DNA of 64,000 nt from contig OX597825.1 of NCBI GenBank assembly GCA_951406725.2, positions 29,016,001-29,080,000 on the forward strand, in the 5' to 3' direction. Every line of letters begins with the position of its first letter. Position 1 is the first letter of the stretch. The stretch comes from Octopus vulgaris (taxonomy: Eukaryota). This document shows, piece after piece, positions 55,860-64,000 of this stretch. Position numbers and translations under genes: made by a program. Under the pieces are notes generated by a model that saw nothing but the letters and a program-made list of their open reading frames with translations, was not told where the DNA came from and ran no database searches.

Positions 55860-56668
55860 TCTGAATGGAATTTGAACATTTCATGTTGGAATGTGCGCAC
55901 TCTGTTGGATAATAAGAGTGATTCTAGGTCTCAGAACGCACTGCACTTGTTTCGCGCGAGCTGAATCGCTATAACATTGATATAGCTGCACTTTCAGAGG
56001 CTCGTATAGAAGGTGATAGTCAATTTGAGGAAATAGGAGGTGGATAGATCTTTTTTGGAAGGGGAGGTTGAAGGAGGAGCACAGAAAGGCTGTTGTTGGT
56101 TTTGCAGTTCTATCTAATATCCTTAAGAAGTTGGAGGAGCTTCCTGTTCCTATAAATGAACGTCTAATGACTCTACGATTGCAGCAGAAAGGTGGGCGGT
56201 TTGAAGATAAAACTATTTCACACCAAGACAGATGCAGGAGAAGTGTTATGAGCAGAATATGTATCTTCATTGATTTAACCAAGGCCTTTGATACTGTGAA
56301 TAGGGCCTTGCTATGGAAAATACTTGACAAACTTGGATGTCCGGATCACTTTGTATCTATAATTAAGTCATTTCCTGATGGGATGGAGGCTTGGGTCAAT
56401 GTTGGTGGTGGCATGGCGGTACCCATTCCTGTAGAGAATGGTGTAAAGCTCCAACTCTCTTTTCTTTGTACTTTGCTGCTGCTTTTACTTATGTTTTTGC
56501 TAAGGTTATCTCTCTGGGAGTATATGTCAGGTATCGATCTTCTGGCCGCCACTTTAATCTGCGCCGAATTGCTGCCAATTCAAAAGTTTTCCACACTCTT
56601 GTTCGTGACCTCCTTTGTGCAGATGACTGTGACTTAGTCATTCATACAATGGATGACATGCAAATATT
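55860..56668 (+). pseudogene. RTE-clade LINE remnant (APE endonuclease start joined to RT by an internal deletion)
   Basis: WNVRTL, RTALVSRELNRYNIDIAALSE, GFAV, INERLMTLRL, then FIDLTKAFDTVNR..LW, GVK, APTLFSLY, LLCADD. Confidence 0.88.
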
Positions 56669-56738
56669 AGGTCATCAAGGATGAAATTTGTAGAAAAGAA
56701 AAATGTTTGCTAATGATTTGTAAATACAAGGAATAGTT

Positions 56739-56928
56739 TTATTCATCAAAGTATGCACCCATATTGTCAATACACTTTTGCCATTTCAGGGGTAGCTTGT
56801 CCAGCCCGGAACTGTAAAAGCTTGGCAATGTAGAGTCAATAAAATCTTGGAAGGCCTGCTCTACAGCATCATCGGAATTAAATTTTTTCCTATCAAAAAG
56901 TTATCCAAATTCTGGAAGAAATGTGGTC
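56739..56928 (-). pseudogene. Mariner transposase C-terminal remnant
   Basis: NSDDAVEQAFQDFIDSTLPSFYSSGLDKLPLKWQKCIDNMGAYFDE*. Confidence 0.85.
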
Positions 56929-56947
56929 ACAGACACACATATATTAA

Positions 56948-57240
56948 GACGCATGACTTAGACATCAGGTTATTTGCCTCACGTGGCGAATTTTGTCCTT
57001 GAGCAAGACACTTTATTTCACTTCACTTGCACCAATTCCCCAGCTAGTAAAAATGAGCATTACCTGTATTTCAAAATGTCAGTCTTGTCGCATTCTGAAT
57101 GACGCTGATTCTCTCTTAAAATTACGTTAAGGGTACGCGGGTCTGCCGAGGGCTCAGCCACTTCCATGTTAATCTAACGAGCAGGTTGTTCTGTTGATCG
57201 GATTAATTGGAACAGTCATCGTCATAACCCACGGAGTGCC
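56948..57240 (+). mobile_element. Family-A-related SINE, old
   Basis: TGTCCTTGAGCAAGACACTTTATTTCAC and tail ..ACGGAGTGCC. Confidence 0.7.
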
Positions 57241-57764
57241 AGTTATATATAATTAAATATGTATCACATACCCATTTTGAGACCTCCCAAACCAAACACC
57301 GATTCCATCAGTTGTAATTTCCTGCCTTGTTATTAATGACACCTCCTTGCTTCTGATTGGATTCATTGTATATGTAACAGTTGCTGGGCGTGTGTGTGTA
57401 TGTGTGTGTTTACGTAGATATAAATCTTCAAATAAATATCCCATACGTTTCCAAGCTTCCAAAACTAAAACAGTTTCTCTAAATTGCCATGTTAAGCCTT
57501 GATATATTATCTACGCCTTTTTGCTTCTCGTTTAGTTTGGACAATGCTTGATGTTACAGGAGTATGAATTCCTTGAGTGTTAAACTTTATAATCAAAAAC
57601 ATAACCATTGTCATTTTTAGGTGCTTTGAACCCTGGGTACGGCACCACAGAATTAGGTCACATTCCTATTGAAATATAAGGAAATTCTATTGTTCATGAA
57701 TCTACGGTCCTCCTCGATCCAGACGCTGTACTACTTATGGTGCCTACCTTAAAGTAGCTCTGCA

Positions 57765-57996
57765 TATAGCGCCAGATTAATATATTTTCATGATTATGCG
57801 TCTATAGCTGTACATCGATATATTATCATCATTTCTGTGATTGTGTAGTGACAGACATAAAGCACTTGATTAATATATCTTCATGATTCTGTGACTTTGT
57901 AGTCACAGACATATAGCACCAAGTTAATATATCTTCATCATTTCTGCGACTACAAAGTCACAGACACATGGCACTAGATTATTAATATATCTCCAT
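57765..57996. repeat. ~55-bp minisatellite, 4 degenerate units with internal hairpin
   Basis: ATTAATATATCTTCATGATTCTGTGACT....AGTCACAGACATATAGCAC repeated. Confidence 0.8.
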
Positions 57997-58716
57997 ATTT
58001 CGGGTTGAAAGCGGAGACTGCCAGAGCAGCAAAAATGAAAATGATGATGATGTTGAGGAAAATATTTGATAGAATGCAAAAAAATTCTGACTACTAATCA
58101 ATGTCTCGTATTTTAGGTTTAATCATTATTCCAGGTGTTGAAACGGTGTTTCATATTTTCTGGAGCTGTAAACAGCGTCCAATGCCTTTAATCACATTTG
58201 ACAGGTACCAATAAGTTATTGAGGGCACACAAAATGAGCATGCTTAGTGCGTCATAAAATGAAAAGGAAAAAAGGTAAAAGAAAAACTAAACGAAAACTA
58301 TATGCTTCTAATATTAGGCACAAAGCCACGAATTGAAAGAGAAGAGGAGAGGTACATTCGATTAAATCGAACTCAGTAATAATAAGAACGTTAATGAGTT
58401 GGCGTGCAAATGTATGTTATATGTATAGTGCAAGGATGCATGGGTGCAATATGCACGTGTCGTATCTGTTGTCAGCGCTCAGCTGTACACACAGGAAATC
58501 TGCCAGCAGGAAAGAAAAGAGTTTTCATACACAGACAAACATACAGGCGCACAAGTTTACACATCCTCATACGAATACACAACAATACACATTCTTGTAC
58601 GCACTGCATAGACAAAGCAGCGAAAGATCTTATGCATAGGCATACACTGAATCAAATATGTGCAGACAAATCACAAAAAAAAAATATGAAAAAAGGTGTG
58701 CGTGATAACGTTGACG

Positions 58717-59154
<438 letters not shown>

Positions 59155-59390
59155 GTATATATACACATACGGTAATACGGAACAATGAGAATGAGTGCTC
59201 AACACGGTATTGGTGAATAAATATTCTTTATTTCTGTGTTGACATGTTTACCAATAGTTTCATGTTGTAACCTCATCCAAGATAGAGAAGAGTACCAATG
59301 TTCTCATGTGATAGACTTGTTATCTATCGAGAGATTTCTCTTTATATGAAACCGAATATGTGTGTGTGAGTGCGTGTGCGTGTGTATGTG

Positions 59391-59444
<54 letters not shown>

Positions 59445-61489
59445 GCTAATCCAAAAGATAGATAGATAGACATACAGACAGACACATAGATATAAACCAT
59501 AAAATGTCAGAAGATATGAGAGATGAAAATATTTATTTAAATACTTGTGATCCTTAGGTATACACCAATACTTTAACTTTCAAAGTTGAAGCATTCGTCA
59601 AGCTATGATGTTCTAATGATCTGATGATCAAGCCTTCTTTATCTGCACTGATTTGTAAACATACAATTGTATTATAAGATACGAAGCATTTATATTAGTG
59701 CAGGCATATAAAATTATTTATTATACACTGAAACTATTATTTCATCGTAACGGCTGCAAAATGGCCGTAGCCCTAAGAATGACAAGTAAATAAATAAATA
59801 TATTCACAACTCAAACAACTTAACTTCTTTCTAGTCTGTATATTCCTCATGAAATAATTTCACCGATTTCAGCTGCGTAGATCTCGGCATTATACTTCTC
59901 CGTATTGAATTACCTTGTAGTCTATTAGTCTATATACATGTTTGTATTTATATGTGTAGGTATGAATTAACAATGAGGATATCACCCACATCAAAAATGA
60001 CTGTCCAGAAAGATCATCACCGTATTATCTACTTATGAGCCGTGATATCGTGACCAGAATATTATACGATGCAATTTATTGGAAGGATAATCCTAAGGAT
60101 GAAAGTGTAATCTGTAGAAAACATAATTCTGAAAGCTATCTTACCTAAAAGTATAAGTTACGGTGGTGCGGGGGGAATCCTCACTCAAAATCCCCATATC
60201 TAGACTTCTCTAAAATGCAAGCATGACACATCCGTCAGTATAATTGGGGCAGAGGAAAGAAATCGTGTACAGCAGCGGAAATCTGTTGCTCAGCAGGTAT
60301 TAATTTTATGTTAAAGATTAGTAGAGGAAAAGGAAATATATATATATCGAATTGAGAAATCTGCAATTACTCCACGTTTGGATTTGTACTTTACAATTAT
60401 CGGGGACTTGATTACGCAGTTAACCACCTCGTTACTAATCTTGAGATGCTGAGCTTCACAAAACCAGAAAGAACCGGATTAATTAGGAAATTACTGCTAC
60501 ACGGCATTACGAAATCTGTAAAACAGTAAAAGAGTAAAATGAAGTCAAAGAGAGCATGGGAAATGACAAGGAAAGCAACGTTGGGTAAAAGAAAAGCAAA
60601 AAAGAGAGAAAGAAGCAATCTACAAAATTATTTGTTCGGACAATGAACCTTGAACGAATTGAGGAGGGAGATAGAGGTGTGATATATGTCCATATGTTCA
60701 GGAAGAATGACCATTTCAGACAGGACAAAAAAAGCAGGTGAAGTAATGGGAAAGGAAGAAAATGAATTGCATTCTGGGAAGAGAAGGGAACGGAGTAATG
60801 AGGTAAAATGAGGGCGAGAGAAAAATAGGAACAATGAATGGGAGGGAAAGGAGAAGAGAACAATTGAGGAGATAAGTCTAGGTGAACTGTGTAGAGTACA
60901 GAGTAAAAAAAGGTGAGAGAAGAAAACTACAAATGGAGATGAGATAAATATAAGGGTGTAAGAAGTGACGAAGCGCTACAGCAAGTTTTCAAAACAATTG
61001 GCTGTATATGTGTGTGATCATACATAGAAGAAATTGTGCGCAAACCACGAAACCATAAAACAAAGACAGTAGAGAAAATAAGTGAGAGAAGAATAAAAAT
61101 TTTTCCTTATCGGTTGTCTGCTGGTATTCTTTGCGATTTCGATGCGTGAGAACAGGATGGTTTTCACGCGTTAGGTGTTGAAGACCTCCAGAAAATAATT
61201 TTAGGAAGTAAAACAGCATATTTATAACATAACAAATGCGAAAATTACGAGTGTTTAAGTTCTTTACGACTAAAAAGATAAAACATTGGCCGTTTTGTTC
61301 TTTTTTCGACTGAATCACAAGATAAAAACCACACAGAAGAATTGTGCACAAAAGCAACGCTGGATATGTGTGTATGTTTATATATGCATATATCCATATC
61401 GATATGGATATATATGTGTGTGTGTGTGTGTATACATATATATATATATTATGGGTATATATGTATATCTGTATATATATATGTATATC

Positions 61490-61548
<59 letters not shown>

Positions 61549-61557
61549 GTCTATCTA

Positions 61558-61628
<71 letters not shown>

Positions 61629-61664
61629 GTCTGTCTCTGTCTGTCTATCTATCTATCTATCTAC

Positions 61665-61712
<48 letters not shown>

Positions 61713-61869
61713 ATATATATATATATGTATATTATGGATACATATGTACATATTATGGATATGCATGTATATCTGTTTATGTATATATATGTTTGTGTGT
61801 GTGTGTGTATATACATATATGGATATGTATACACACACATAAACACACACACACACACATAAAGAGAAA

Positions 61870-62185
61870 ATCTGCTGCGGTATTCGTCCGGAGAAAATGT
61901 CTCTTATGGACGTGCTGTGTTTAAAAACAATCTTGACGATGTTCAATGAGGCAGAAATTCATCTGGCTTCCCCACCAGACACTGCTTGGACGGTTTCCGT
62001 CTACCTCCGGTTTCTGTTGTTTTTATCTATAAACAAGCACGATCAGAAGAGATAATATCTCCGGACGGTAACTGCAGTAGATTTGTATTCGTGTAATTGT
62101 GTTGGAAAGCGTGTTATTTATCAATGCCTGAAGATTTCAGACACAGCGATGAGCGCGACTGATTGACTTCAACTGCGAAAGCCCT
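61870..62185 (+). pseudogene. Possible very old mariner N-terminal relic
   Basis: GENVSYGRAVF, GRNSS and GRFPSTS pieces in the expected order. Confidence 0.3.
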
Positions 62186-62614
62186 TTGAGTATTGAAGAG
62201 ATTATTCACTTAACCAACACACGATTATAACCAATACTACAAATGTCTAACACACGTCTATTTATATGAACGAGTGCACATGCTTGCACGTACATATTTA
62301 TGCTTGCACGTATGTATATATGTGTGGGTGTATTAATATAACAACGCTGCCATTTTCTCTTGCTTGCTCAGCAGTGAACACTAGGATTTTTTCCATCATA
62401 AATGCTATTCTCTCAGTAATATTTATATAGCTGCAGATTTATGAACAAATGAGACAATGCGAGCAATTGTCTTTTTTCAAAACCTAACACACATGGAGCG
62501 CTAACACTCTCCTACTGTGTTCTTTGAAATTACATACTGTTGCCAAATTCTTCTTATTGTTGTTTTTGTTACAGCTGTTTATAAATATTATTGTTATTAT
62601 TATTATAAGTATTA

Positions 62615-62687
<73 letters not shown>

Positions 62688-62692
62688 CATCA

Positions 62693-62955
62693 TCATTCAG
62701 TAGTTTTATTTTTATAACGTGCTTTCATTTCACTACCGAGCGCAGCTCTGTGTGCCTTGGGTATGTGCTGTGATTTGTTGTGATGCTCTGATGGTTACTG
62801 TATTGAAAGTGTTCTGCGTAGGATGTGTGCAGTGCCTAGTAGTGCAATTTTCTGTATGTTATATGTGCTTGTAAGTCCTGGTGCTTTTGTTATGTATCTG
62901 TCTGAATATTTTTTTATCATGCCTAATGCACCTACTATGATAGGAATTGTTTCTG

Positions 62956-62960
<5 letters not shown>
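62693..62960 (-). mobile_element. Short 5'-truncated R4/Dong-type LINE in (TAA)n
   Basis: KTETIPIIVGALGMIKK..PGL....IQKIALLGTAHILRRTLSI* homologous to the end of the 51719 ORF; different 3' UTR; (ATT)n both sides. Confidence 0.88.
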
Positions 62961-63022
<62 letters not shown>

Positions 63023-63221
63023 TACTACTATTATTATTATTATTATTACTATTATTATTTTCATCTTTATTGTTGTTGTTATTATTATTATTATTGTCAG
63101 TGTGTTTTAATCTTCATAGGATTGCTAGAAGTATTTTTGTTAGTCTTAGTTTTAATTATTTAATGCTTTTGCGGATATCATAAATGCCTTTCTTAATTAC
63201 ATTTATTCATTTCTTCCTACT

Positions 63222-63383
63222 CTTTTACTCTCTTTTACTTGCTTCAGTCATTTGACTGCGGCCATGCTGGAGCACCACATTCAGTCGAACAAATCGACCA
63301 CAGGACTTATTCTTTGTAAGCCTAGTACTTATTCTATCGGTTGTCAAGCAATGTTGGTGGGGGGGACAAACACGGACATACAA

Positions 63384-63469
<86 letters not shown>

Positions 63470-63640
63470 TTATATACGACGGGCTTCTTTCAGTTTCCGT
63501 CCACCAAATCCACTGACAAGGCTTTGGTCGGCCCGAGGCTACAGTAGAAGACACTTGCCCAAGGTGCCACGCAGTGGGACTGAATCCGGAACAGTGCGGT
63601 TCGTAAGCAAGCTGCTTACCACAGAGCCACTCCAACGCCT
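63222..63640 (-). mobile_element. SINE family B, near full length
   Basis: Reverse complement of the 12315 element. Confidence 0.9.
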
Positions 63641-64000
63641 ATAAAAAAATTTTCAATCCTCTTCAATCTTCTTGAAGATTTATTTATTTATTTATTTATT
63701 ATTATTATTTTTTTTTTTTTGTTTCTCTGTATGTACCTGTTATTATACTTGTAAATATTAGCGTTTAGAATCGATTTATTTTTTGACGCGTCTGAATTTT
63801 AATCGCAACCCTGCGACCTGTTCACAGTCACAGTTCCACTGTAACTGTTTGAAACTTAGTGAATGGTATGTTCTTGTAGACTACGGGCTTGTTTTCATTT
63901 TTTCTTGTTGAACATACGGACATTCGCTTCTGTTGTAGGCACATTAATTATCTTTAAACTCTTGGCATCAATTGCCGTTAGTCACTTCTGCGTTGTATTC

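Overview
AT-rich, microsatellite-saturated eukaryotic DNA with no host protein-coding gene I can support; it reads as intronic or intergenic. The SINE families and repeat content suggest a coleoid cephalopod such as Octopus (inference). Nearly all long ORFs in the track are microsatellite artefacts. Real coding remnants all come from mobile elements: a Penelope-like RT/GIY-YIG element (44292-46463), an intact 3' part of an R4/Dong-type RLE LINE (51545-52690) with shorter relatives, RTE-clade LINE fragments, mariner relics and a Helitron helicase fragment. Three tRNA-derived SINE families occur in dozens of copies. Four signals stand out. (1) About ten minimal hammerhead-ribozyme-like motifs sit in (TA)n-embedded Penelope-type terminal repeats, including cores with compensatory U3-A8 and A3-U8 pairs in place of C3-G8. 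(2) Several long fold-back structures are built from such termini, and one has captured an inverted copy of neighbouring DNA. (3) One SINE subfamily repeatedly inserts its 3' end at the same GGTATTT site of its own family. (4) Different retroelements appear to partition different microsatellite targets. Repeat boundaries were placed by eye and are approximate.
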